DNA of 64,000 nucleotides from Thermoanaerobaculia bacterium (GTDB taxonomy: Bacteria; Acidobacteriota; Thermoanaerobaculia; Gp7-AA8). The position numbers and the translations under genes are program-made. This document shows positions 48,361 to 57,302 of the stretch, piece by piece; within the stretch, counting starts at the first letter, position 1; each line of letters starts with the position of its first letter. The stretch is from the NCBI GenBank assembly GCA_035544675.1, contig DATKCA010000025.1:35776-99775 (forward strand), given 5' to 3'. The notes under the pieces are model-generated. The model was not told the origin of the DNA and searched no databases. It saw only the letters and a list, made by a program, of their open reading frames with translations.

Positions 48361-50034
48361 CTAGCGGCTTCCGCTCGTGGCGTGCATCGTGTCGCGCGAG
48401 CGGCCCGGGCCCGGCGTTTCGGCGGAGGTGCCTTTGACCATGTACACGGGCATTTTCTGTTGCAGGCCCTTGAGCGCGAACTCGCCGAGCGACTCGGTCT
48501 CGAAACTGCCGGCCAGACGTTCGAACGTGTTTTGTGAAATCACGAGCTGCCCCGGCTTTGCCACGCCGCTCTCGAGCCGCGAGGCGATGTTCACGGCGCT
48601 GCCCAGGACGGTGTAATCGACGCGCTTCTCGGTGCCGACGTTGCCTACGACCGCGGGCCCGCTGTTGATGCCGACCCGGATCCGGACCTGCTGGAGACCG
48701 GCCTTCTCGCGTTCGGCGTTCCACTCCCCGACGAGGCGCTGCATCATCAGGCCGGCCAGGACGGCCCGGTCGGCGTGGTCGTCCTGCGGGATCGGCGCCC
48801 CGAAGAACGCCATGACGGCGTCGCCGATGAACTTGTCGAGCGTGCCGCCGTACGCGAAGATCGACTCCACCGCGCACGAGAAGAAGTGCGACAGAAACTC
48901 CGCCACTTCCTCCGGCTTCTTCGTCTCCGAGACCGTGGTGAATCCCGAAATGTCCGCAAACATGATCGACAGCTCGGCGTTGCGGATCTCGGTCTCGTCG
49001 GCGCTGATGATGCCTTTCACGATCTCGTCGATGACGGCCGGCGAGTGATAACGCTCCATCTTCGAGCGGATCTTGCGCTCCTGCTCGATCTTCTCGGAGA
49101 GCTGCGCGCGCTCGATGGCCACCGCCGCGAAGTTCGCCAGAGCGGTCAGAAGGTCGAGGTCCTCTTCCTTGAAGCTGCCGATGTGAATGCGCGAGTCGAC
49201 CTGCACCGCGCCGATGACGCGCTGACGGTTCCACAACGGCACGCACATCGCCGAACGGATCCCGTGAATGGCGATCGACTTTCCGCCCAGAAGGCGCGCA
49301 TCTTCGAGAGCGTTCGACGTCATCAGCGCGACCTGCTGGTCCGCCACCATCTTCAGGATCGTGCGCGAGATGGGGATGTCCTGCGCTTCCGAGTCGTCGA
49401 GGAACTTCGTGAGCTTGGGAACGGGCTGCCCGGTTTCGTCGAAGAGGATGATCAGCCCGCGCTCGACCGGCAGGTACTTGAAGATCATGTCCATGACCAC
49501 TTCGAGCAGCGACTGCAGATCTTCCGTCTGCAGAAGGGCCTTGGCCACCTGGATCAGGACCTGGAAGATCTTCTCGCGCGTAAAGTCGGCAGGCTTCACC
49601 GCCGCGGCGCTGGATGCCGGGGCCGACGACTGCTGCGCGACCTCGGCCAGGTCGAGGCCGAACTCGGAATTGAAGTCGGAGATGCGCCGGATGACCGTGC
49701 CGGAAGGGTTGTCGAACATCGACTCGGCTCGGAACTCCACTGAGGGAAGTGCGCGGATCTCCACCTGAACCGACCCGATGTGAATCTGGTCTCCCGCGTT
49801 GACCTGCGCCTCGGTGACGAGGTTGTTGTTGAGCTTGACGCCGTTCGTCGACTTCAGGTCGATGATCCACCACCTGCTGTCGCGAGGCTCCAGGCGGGCA
49901 TGTTTCCGCGACACGGATGGGTGGTTCAGGATGATGTCATTGCCCTCGGTGCGACCGATGGAGAGTGGCCCTTTCAGATCCGTCACCCGGGGCACGCCGA
50001 GGTCGAGGTAGTGGATCTGGAGCTGGTCGGTCAT
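48361..50034 (-). CDS. FHA-GAF-class III adenylate/guanylate cyclase
   Basis: N-terminal FHA (GRTEGNDIILNHPSVSRKHARL...STNGVKLN), central GAF, and C-terminal cyclase domain (FADISGFT...GDAVMAFFG). Confidence 0.85.
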   Translation of the reverse strand: MTDQLQIHYLDLGVPRVTDLKGPLSIGRTEGNDIILNHPSVSRKHARLEPRDSRWWIIDLKSTNGVKLNNNLVTEAQVNAGDQIHIGSVQVEIRALPSVEFRAESMFDNPSGTVIRRISDFNSEFGLDLAEVAQQSSAPASSAAAVKPADFTREKIFQVLIQVAKALLQTEDLQSLLEVVMDMIFKYLPVERGLIILFDETGQPVPKLTKFLDDSEAQDIPISRTILKMVADQQVALMTSNALEDARLLGGKSIAIHGIRSAMCVPLWNRQRVIGAVQVDSRIHIGSFKEEDLDLLTALANFAAVAIERAQLSEKIEQERKIRSKMERYHSPAVIDEIVKGIISADETEIRNAELSIMFADISGFTTVSETKKPEEVAEFLSHFFSCAVESIFAYGGTLDKFIGDAVMAFFGAPIPQDDHADRAVLAGLMMQRLVGEWNAEREKAGLQQVRIRVGINSGPAVVGNVGTEKRVDYTVLGSAVNIASRLESGVAKPGQLVISQNTFERLAGSFETESLGEFALKGLQQKMPVYMVKGTSAETPGPGRSRDTMHATSGSR

Positions 50035-50067
50035 TGAACCGCGAATTATACCTTTCCGACCCCGGGG

Positions 50068-51888
50068 CTAGTGCCGCGCGGAGCGCCGCCGGGTCACCGG
50101 TTCGACGACGAAGTGCAGCGTCGCGTTCGGCATGGAGGAGACCGTGACGGGGCTGGCCTCCCGCAGCGCGCGCGCGTTCTGGTAGTAAACCGTCGTGAAG
50201 CGTCCCACCGGGTCCTGGGCCGCGAAGATGTAGGTGCCCGGCAGGACGACCAGGTCGAACCGGCCGCCGAGGCCTTCGGTCGTCACGATCCGATCGCCGT
50301 CGGGTGTGAGCGCGTAGATCTCGACGCCGGAGACCTGGGCGCCGCTCGGATCGGTGATATTGCCGGAGACTCGTGTTCCGCGCCTGACGCTGAAATCGAT
50401 CGCGGCGATCTGACCCATTTCGAGAGTGCGTGCGGGCGAAACCTCGAACGTGAGCGCATTCCCGAGGTACGAGGTGGCGTAGCGGAGCCGCGGGTCGAAA
50501 GCGAGAAGCTTGTACGTGCCGGGAGTGACGACGAGACCGTAGCGTCCGGCGGCATCCGCCTCGCTGCTGCCGGCCATGATCCCGTCCAGAGTGTAGGCGG
50601 CGACCAGGACACCGGGCGCCTGCCGCGTCGAACCGTCTTCGAACACGGTTCCCCGGATGTGGGCGGAGCGAACGAGCGCGAAATCGGCGAACAACGGAGC
50701 GTCCTGAGAGGCTGCGACGATCGTCGAGGCGTGGAACGTGATCTGGCCCTCATGGAACGCCGTCGCGTACACGCCGCTCTCGTCGTAGGCAATGAGCTTG
50801 AAGGAGCCGGGCGGCAACACGAGGCTGTACGAGCCGTCCGCGGAGGTCCTGGCCGAGACGCGCTGCGTTCCGTCGAGGTTGTACGCGCCGACGGTGATCA
50901 CCGGCAGTGCCGCCGATGTGACGCTGTCGACGACTCTTCCGCTCAGTCGTGTTCCTGGCGAGACCGTGAAGGACAGGCCGGAGCGCAACTCCCCTCCGGT
51001 GACGGTGACGAGCGGCGACTTCTCGAACGACGTGGAATTGCCGAGGTACGCAGTCGCGTAAACGCCCTGCTGGTCCGTGGCCACGAGCCGGTACGCGCCC
51101 GCCGGAAGCGAGAGCGTGTACTGCCCGCCGCCATTCGTCAACGTCGAGCCGGCCTCGTCCGCCTCGGGCGTGAAGGCGAAGATCCGGATGCCGCTGACGG
51201 GCTGGCCGGCCGGATCGTCCACGCTGCCAACCAGAGAAGCCGCGGGCTGGAGATCGAAGTTGACGTTCTGAACGGTTCCGCGGGCCGTCACGACCACTTT
51301 GTCGGCTGTGTCGAACGTCTGCCTGCCGCTGTAGAACTGGGATGAATACAGCCCGCTGTTGTGGTAGGCGATGAGCTTGTACTCGCCCGGGGGAGCGACG
51401 AGCGAGTAGAGGCCGTTGACGTCCGTGAACGTGAAGCCGCGCTGCGTCCCCGACAGGTTGTAGATCTCGACCGCGGAATCGCGGAGAGGAGCGCCTTGGA
51501 GTGTGACGCGCCCGCTGACGGAGCCGCCTGGCACGAGGATGAAGTCGATCAGTCTCGACTGGTTGGCGGTCAGCGAGACGATGGGGGACGTATTGAACGA
51601 GTCGGCATTCCCATCGAACGACGTTGCGTAGAGCCCGGAGAGGTCATACGCCAGAACGCGATAGTCCCCGGCCGGGAGGTCGAGGCCATAGCGGCCCAGG
51701 AAGTCGGTCTTCCCGGTGGCCTGCAGTGTGCCGTCTGCGTTGTAAGCGGCCACAACCATGGCCTCCAGGGGCGTGGCGGAACCGTCCCGGACCACCCCTC
51801 CGACATTCGCCGCGATCAGCGGCTGCGCCGCGAGCAGAAATGCCGCGATCAGGGCGTACTTCCGTCCCGCACATTTCTGGACAGTCAT
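50068..51888 (-). CDS. secreted protein with about 8 carboxypeptidase-regulatory-like (transthyretin-fold) repeats
   Basis: Repeated ~80-aa units (G.V.D..G.PL.GA.V.AY..DGT...T.TD..GRY.L.L..G.Y...A.D..G.YA). Signal peptide MTVQKCAGRKYALIAAFLLAAQPLIAA. Start ambiguous because of a 21-bp tandem duplication (alternative start about 51912). Confidence 0.62.
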   Translation of the reverse strand: MTVQKCAGRKYALIAAFLLAAQPLIAANVGGVVRDGSATPLEAMVVAAYNADGTLQATGKTDFLGRYGLDLPAGDYRVLAYDLSGLYATSFDGNADSFNTSPIVSLTANQSRLIDFILVPGGSVSGRVTLQGAPLRDSAVEIYNLSGTQRGFTFTDVNGLYSLVAPPGEYKLIAYHNSGLYSSQFYSGRQTFDTADKVVVTARGTVQNVNFDLQPAASLVGSVDDPAGQPVSGIRIFAFTPEADEAGSTLTNGGGQYTLSLPAGAYRLVATDQQGVYATAYLGNSTSFEKSPLVTVTGGELRSGLSFTVSPGTRLSGRVVDSVTSAALPVITVGAYNLDGTQRVSARTSADGSYSLVLPPGSFKLIAYDESGVYATAFHEGQITFHASTIVAASQDAPLFADFALVRSAHIRGTVFEDGSTRQAPGVLVAAYTLDGIMAGSSEADAAGRYGLVVTPGTYKLLAFDPRLRYATSYLGNALTFEVSPARTLEMGQIAAIDFSVRRGTRVSGNITDPSGAQVSGVEIYALTPDGDRIVTTEGLGGRFDLVVLPGTYIFAAQDPVGRFTTVYYQNARALREASPVTVSSMPNATLHFVVEPVTRRRSARH

Positions 51889-51940
51889 GGGTGCGTCCTG
51901 GACAGTCATGGGTGCGTCGTGGAACAGCCGTTTCCTTGCG

Positions 51941-51954
51941 AACATTGCAATGTT
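51941..51954. promoter_or_regulatory. 14-bp perfect palindrome AACATTGCAATGTT in divergent promoter region
   Basis: Lies between the repeat-protein gene (minus) and the sensor GGDEF-EAL gene (plus). Candidate dimeric TF operator. Confidence 0.3.
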
Positions 51955-51979
51955 GTGGTGAGAGAGATGACGCGGCACA

Positions 51980-54574
51980 ATGAGTGTATCCGTCTCGTGC
52001 AAAGACGCCAAGATGGGCATTTTCTCGAGCCTTCGCATCCGCACCAAAACGGTGCTGATCATGACCTTGATCCTGGCGGTCATGTCGCTGGCCGTTTATC
52101 TGTACTTTCCCTCCCGGCTCAAACAGCGCGGAATTGACGACATCACCGAGAGAACGGCGGTGCTGAGCGAAATGGCGGCCTACGCCATCGCTCCGGCGCT
52201 GAATGGGAACGATCGGGTGGCGGTCGCCGAGGCGCTGGTGGGGATGCGCCGCAGCTCGGGCGTCGCCTACCTCGTGGTTCTGGACGCGAAAGGGATGCTG
52301 ATGACTGCGGTCGGCGATCTCTACGCCGAGGCGGTCGATTTCCGCGAGCTTCCGATGAAGCCGATCGCGGCAGTCGCGTTCGCCGACCGCCGGGAACGCG
52401 GCCAGCCGCCTGGGGAAGGGGAGGCCACCCCGCGCGGCGGCTTCTCCCGCGACGGCTCGGTGTATCAGGTTGTCTCACCAGTGCGATATCGCGGGCGGCA
52501 AGTCGGTTCGATCTACGTCGGTACGGCGATGGGCAGCGTGGATGAGGAGACCTCGCGCAGCCGGGCCACGGTCGCGCTCGTCACGACTCTGGCGTTCGGG
52601 CTGGGCGTCGCGGCGACCTATCTGCTGAGCACTCTCATCACGGGGCCGCTCAGCAGGATCGCCGAGACTTCCGAGCGCATCGCCGAGGGCGATCTGGAGC
52701 AGCGCGCGCAGATCGACTCCACCGATGAGGTCGGGCAGCTGGCCCGGTCGTTCAACGTCATGGTCGACCGGCTGGCGGCGGCACAGTTCGAGCTGGAGGG
52801 GCTGAACCGCACCCTCGAGGATAGAGTGGACGAGCGGACCGCCCAGCTCCGCGAGGAGTTCGAGGAACGGCGCCGGGCCGAGAGCGCCCTGCGCGTCTCC
52901 GAGGAGCGCTACCGGCTGTTGTTCGATCGCAATCTCGCCGGCGCGTACATCGCCACGCCCGATTTCCGCATCATCAGCTGCAATCAGGCGTGCGCGCGTC
53001 TGTTCGGCTACGACTCGATCGAGGAGTTCCTCTCCAGTGGCGGCGAGATGGCCTACGGCAGCGACTCCCAGCGCGAGGCGATCGCGCGGCGCCTTCAGGA
53101 AGAAGGCACGGTCATGAACGAGGAGGTCGAGTTGCGCTTGCGGGACGGGCGCACGCTCTGGGCTCTCGAGAACGTCCGCCTCATCCGCGATCCCAAGAGC
53201 GGGGAGGCCACGCTGGAAGGTGTGCTTCTCGACATCTCCGAGCGCAAACGCGCCGAGAGGGAGATGGAATACCGCGCCTATCACGACGTGCTCACAGGCC
53301 TGCCCAACCGCTCCCTCTTTCTGGATCGAGTCAGCGTGGCGATCGCTCGCGCGCAACGCCTTTCCGGACACGTGGCCGTGATGTTCCTGGACCTCGATTA
53401 CCTGAAGACCATCAACGACACGCTGGGGCACGCCGTCGGCGACGAGCTGCTGAAACGCGTGGCCGCCCGCCTGGCGGACACGCTGCGCGGCGAGGATACG
53501 GTGGCCCGGGTCGGCGGCGACGAGTTCCTCGTGCTTCTACCGGAGGTTCGGGATGAGGAAGGCGCGTCGATCGTGGCTCGCAAAATCCACGACTCGCTGC
53601 TCGAGGCGTTCGTCGTCGACGATGACGAAATGCACCTCACCGTGAGCATCGGCATGGCCATCTATCCCGAGGACGGAGCGGATCCGGAGACGCTGGTCCG
53701 CAGCGCGGACGCCGCGATGTATCGGGTCAAGGAATCGGGTGGCAACGACTACAGGCTGTCCAGCCGGATCGGAGACGCCGGAGTGGTCGGCCGCATGACG
53801 CTCGAGCAGGAGATCCGCGACGCCCTCGAGAACGATGAGTTCACCCTCTACTTCCAGCCGCAGGTCGAGCTCGACACCCGTCGGATGTCGGGGGCCGAAG
53901 CGCTCGTCCGTTGGAATCATCCCAGCCGCTCCCTCGTCGCGCCGGCCGGCTTCATCCCGATCGCCGAGGCCACCGGCTTGATCACACTGGTGGGCGAGCG
54001 TGTCCTCTACAAAGCCTGTGAGCAGGTCGTGCGATGGCGCAGTGCCGGACACGAGCCGCCGCTGGTATCGGTGAACGTGTCGGCCCGCCAGTTCTATCAG
54101 CGCGACTTCATCGGCATGGTGAAGCGCATCCTGGACGAGACGCACGTCGAGCCGCAGTGGCTGGAGCTGGAGATCACGGAATCGGTCACCATGCAGAAAG
54201 GCGAGCACGCCCTCCGCATGCTGCGCCGCCTCCGCGACCTCGGCCTCTCCATCGCCATCGACGACTTCGGCACCGGCCAGAGCTCGCTCAGTTACCTGAA
54301 GTCATTCCCGATCGACACGGTGAAGATCGACAAGAGCTTCGTGAACGACATCGGCCGGCGCAACACGAGCGAGTCCATCGTCGCCGCGGTGCTGCTCCTG
54401 GGGCGGCAGCTCAAGATGCGGACCGTGGCGGAGGGTGTCGAAAGCGAAGAACAGTGCGACTTCCTGCGCCGGCACCACTGCCGCGCCATCCAGGGATTCC
54501 TGATCAGCCGGCCGATCGAGGCCAGCGACTTCGAGGAGAGGTTCCTCCGGCCCGCCATGAGCATCGAGGCCTAG
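51980..54574 (+). CDS. membrane sensor HAMP-PAS-GGDEF-EAL protein
   Basis: TM, periplasmic-like region, TM, HAMP, PAS, GGDEF (RVGGDEF) and EAL (ELEITES...DDFGTGQSSL). Start may be the internal ATG at about 52013 (MGIFSSL). Confidence 0.9.
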   Translation: MSVSVSCKDAKMGIFSSLRIRTKTVLIMTLILAVMSLAVYLYFPSRLKQRGIDDITERTAVLSEMAAYAIAPALNGNDRVAVAEALVGMRRSSGVAYLVVLDAKGMLMTAVGDLYAEAVDFRELPMKPIAAVAFADRRERGQPPGEGEATPRGGFSRDGSVYQVVSPVRYRGRQVGSIYVGTAMGSVDEETSRSRATVALVTTLAFGLGVAATYLLSTLITGPLSRIAETSERIAEGDLEQRAQIDSTDEVGQLARSFNVMVDRLAAAQFELEGLNRTLEDRVDERTAQLREEFEERRRAESALRVSEERYRLLFDRNLAGAYIATPDFRIISCNQACARLFGYDSIEEFLSSGGEMAYGSDSQREAIARRLQEEGTVMNEEVELRLRDGRTLWALENVRLIRDPKSGEATLEGVLLDISERKRAEREMEYRAYHDVLTGLPNRSLFLDRVSVAIARAQRLSGHVAVMFLDLDYLKTINDTLGHAVGDELLKRVAARLADTLRGEDTVARVGGDEFLVLLPEVRDEEGASIVARKIHDSLLEAFVVDDDEMHLTVSIGMAIYPEDGADPETLVRSADAAMYRVKESGGNDYRLSSRIGDAGVVGRMTLEQEIRDALENDEFTLYFQPQVELDTRRMSGAEALVRWNHPSRSLVAPAGFIPIAEATGLITLVGERVLYKACEQVVRWRSAGHEPPLVSVNVSARQFYQRDFIGMVKRILDETHVEPQWLELEITESVTMQKGEHALRMLRRLRDLGLSIAIDDFGTGQSSLSYLKSFPIDTVKIDKSFVNDIGRRNTSESIVAAVLLLGRQLKMRTVAEGVESEEQCDFLRRHHCRAIQGFLISRPIEASDFEERFLRPAMSIEA

Positions 54575-54579
54575 GGAAC

Positions 54580-55749
54580 TCATAGCGCCGATCGCCGCGC
54601 CAGTTCCGCCGCCACCAGCGCCGATGCGCGTGGGCTCTGAGTCACGGTCCAGTCCAGCGCGATCGAGGACATGGTGGTGTCGGCGGGCTGATTGAAGAAG
54701 ACCACGGCCTTGATGCCGCGGCCGTAGTGATGGTCGATCATGTAGAACGCCTGCCGGTACCACTCGGTGGCATCGCCCCCGGCGGTCAGCGTTCCGAACT
54801 CGCAGACCATGATCGGCCTGTTCAGCTTCTGCAGCGCCGGGTAGGCCTTCTCCACGATCTGGTGGAATGTCCACCAGCGCGACCATTGCGCGACGTTGCC
54901 GTAGTTCAGGACGCCGATCCCGATCCAGTCGACGAACTCCGCGCCCGGATAGTAGTACTCGAACCACGGCATGGAGATGTGGGGCGACCAGACCCACAGG
55001 ACGTTGTTGGCGTTCATCTTCTGAAAGACGAGGTGCACGTGTCTCCACGCCGCGATGAAGTCCTCGGGCCGGTTGCCGTTCTGCGGGCCCCAGGGGTAGC
55101 GGTACGGATCGTTCATCTCGTGCGCGAAGCGAAGCAGGATGGGCTTCTTGTACTGCGCAGCCGCCCTGGCCCACGGAACGATGTAGAAGTCGTACTCGCC
55201 CTTCGCGATGGCGGCCAGGCTTGCGTACTCGCGCTCGGCGAGACGCGGCAGATTGCGCCGCAGACGCTCGTCGAAGTCGCTCACCCACGGCTCCCACGTG
55301 ATCATCGGGACGGATCCCATACGGCTGATCGTCTCGACCATGCGCACCGGGAACTGCTGCTGCGGCTTGTCTCCCCACGCCGAATAGAGGGAGATGATCG
55401 GAAACCGGTAGCGGATGTCCTTCTCGAATGTCTCCAGGCCGGCAAACGTGTTCGGGAACCCGCCGTCGTAAGCGCCGAAGAGAACCCGGGGCGGATTGGC
55501 GAGGGCGGCCTTCGAGTCGAGAATGGGGCGCAGAGGCTCGAGGTACTCGGCGCGCGAGCCGCGCCGGACCGACTGGAGCGCGTCGCCCTGCGCATCGGAG
55601 AAACGCTGCGCCACGCGCGTCAGGCTCTCCGCGATGGAGCGAAAAAACGCCTGGAACCCGCTGCCGAATCCGATCTGGAACAGGACGCCGACCGCGATGA
55701 GCCATCCCAGCGCGAAGAATGCGATCTGATAACGGCGTCTGGCGCTCAC
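54580..55749 (-). CDS. membrane-anchored glycoside hydrolase, GH26-like
   Basis: LRFAHEMNDPYRYPWG and WVWSPH motifs resemble GH26 catalytic strands. N-terminal signal anchor. 4-nt overlap with the GT2 gene. Confidence 0.55.
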   Translation of the reverse strand: MSARRRYQIAFFALGWLIAVGVLFQIGFGSGFQAFFRSIAESLTRVAQRFSDAQGDALQSVRRGSRAEYLEPLRPILDSKAALANPPRVLFGAYDGGFPNTFAGLETFEKDIRYRFPIISLYSAWGDKPQQQFPVRMVETISRMGSVPMITWEPWVSDFDERLRRNLPRLAEREYASLAAIAKGEYDFYIVPWARAAAQYKKPILLRFAHEMNDPYRYPWGPQNGNRPEDFIAAWRHVHLVFQKMNANNVLWVWSPHISMPWFEYYYPGAEFVDWIGIGVLNYGNVAQWSRWWTFHQIVEKAYPALQKLNRPIMVCEFGTLTAGGDATEWYRQAFYMIDHHYGRGIKAVVFFNQPADTTMSSIALDWTVTQSPRASALVAAELARRSAL

Positions 55750-57302
55750 TCTTCCGATCTCTCCCGATCCACCCAGGCCGCGTAGATCCGCCCTGACATC
55801 AGCATCGTATTGATGATCATAAATGCCGTCATTCCCACGCGCACTTCCGTCGTGATCAGCACCTCAGACTCCGCAAGCACGAAGAGCTGCATGAACAGGG
55901 TCCATAGGAACGTGAGCAACGAGATTACAACGATGCCGATCGGAACGCGCGCCAGTTTCCAGAAACTCGCTCGCCGCCGCCGCTTCGATGTCGGGATGTA
56001 TGGCACGGTGATGCGAACGATAGCCAGTAACAGACCCTTCAGGTACACCGTCCACGACCCGATCTTCAGCAGCGTGCCCCGCCAGTGCCAGCCGGCCTCG
56101 CGGGCCGGGTCGCACGTCCAGCGCTGCAGAAACCGGTAGATCACCGCCCCGAAGAATCCCACCGGCGCTGCATGCTGCAGGTACTCGGCGAGAACGAACG
56201 CCGCCGGCTGCGCGCCAACCCAGAGAAAGAGCATCGGGATGCTGAGGTAGATCAGCGTCGTGAACCCGACCATGTAGTAGCTCCCGATCATGAAGTACGA
56301 GATCTTCTGATGCGCGCTCAGGCGCCGGAACGCACGCGGGTACTCCTGAAACAGCACATCGTGGACGCCGCGGGACCACTTCAGCTGCTGCTTCAGCAGG
56401 GAGTCCAGATCCGACGGCACCAGTCCGCGCGAAACGATCTCGGGCACGTAGATCGACTTCCATCCCGCCGCGTGCAGCCTGATCGACGTGACCAGGTCCT
56501 CAGCCAGTCCGATGCCATGTCCGCCGATCGACTCCAGTGCCGCCCGCCGGAACGTGCAGTTCGCGCCGATCGCCACCGCGGTGCCCGTTCCGTTCATCCC
56601 CTGCATGATCGGGCCGTAGAACGCGAAGGTCTGCTCGGCCGCGGCGCGGGCCACGAACGACTCCGGCGGATTGTAGTAGGCCTGCGAAACCTGGACGAAG
56701 CCGACCTGTGGGTCCTCGAAGTATCCGAGGACCCGATCGAGGAACTCCGGGAAGGGGATGTGATCGGGATCGAGGACGAGGATGAACTCCTCGTTCGTCA
56801 ACTTCAGAGCCGCATTGATCTTGCCCGCCTTCGCCCCCGGAACGCCGAGCAGTTCCAGGTGCACCGCTCCCATGTCACGGGCCAGGGCGCCGAATCGCGG
56901 ATCGCGCGTGTCGTCGAGAAGATAGGTCGTGTGCGGGTAACGCACCTGGCGCAGGGCCTCGAGCGTCCGCACGAACATCTCGTAGGGCTCACCCGGAGCC
57001 GAGGTGGTGAAGATCGCCACTGGCAATCCAGGTGGCGCCGGAACCGGCGCCGGCTGCTCCACGTGGAATCCGTTGTACCAGCCCACCATGAGACGGAACA
57101 CGCCGTACCACGTGGCCAGCGACAGCAGGATGAACAGGGCCGGGTCGTTGACGTGCTCGAGGCGGAACCACCACAACGCAAATGCGACCACGCTCTGCAC
57201 GCCGAGGAAGAGCAGGAAGCCGAGGACCCAGCGCTCCCAGCTCTTCACCCCCGGTGCACGGCGGTGGCGGAAAATCTCAGCGCTGTCTGACCAAGGATGC
57301 AT
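55746..57302 (-). CDS. processive family-2 glycosyltransferase (polysaccharide synthase)
   Basis: D, DxD and QxxRW (QQLKWSRG) motifs with flanking TM helices. Start chosen at MHPWSDSAEIF. The ORF track extends to 57371. Confidence 0.78.
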   Translation of the reverse strand: MHPWSDSAEIFRHRRAPGVKSWERWVLGFLLFLGVQSVVAFALWWFRLEHVNDPALFILLSLATWYGVFRLMVGWYNGFHVEQPAPVPAPPGLPVAIFTTSAPGEPYEMFVRTLEALRQVRYPHTTYLLDDTRDPRFGALARDMGAVHLELLGVPGAKAGKINAALKLTNEEFILVLDPDHIPFPEFLDRVLGYFEDPQVGFVQVSQAYYNPPESFVARAAAEQTFAFYGPIMQGMNGTGTAVAIGANCTFRRAALESIGGHGIGLAEDLVTSIRLHAAGWKSIYVPEIVSRGLVPSDLDSLLKQQLKWSRGVHDVLFQEYPRAFRRLSAHQKISYFMIGSYYMVGFTTLIYLSIPMLFLWVGAQPAAFVLAEYLQHAAPVGFFGAVIYRFLQRWTCDPAREAGWHWRGTLLKIGSWTVYLKGLLLAIVRITVPYIPTSKRRRRASFWKLARVPIGIVVISLLTFLWTLFMQLFVLAESEVLITTEVRVGMTAFMIINTMLMSGRIYAAWVDRERSEE

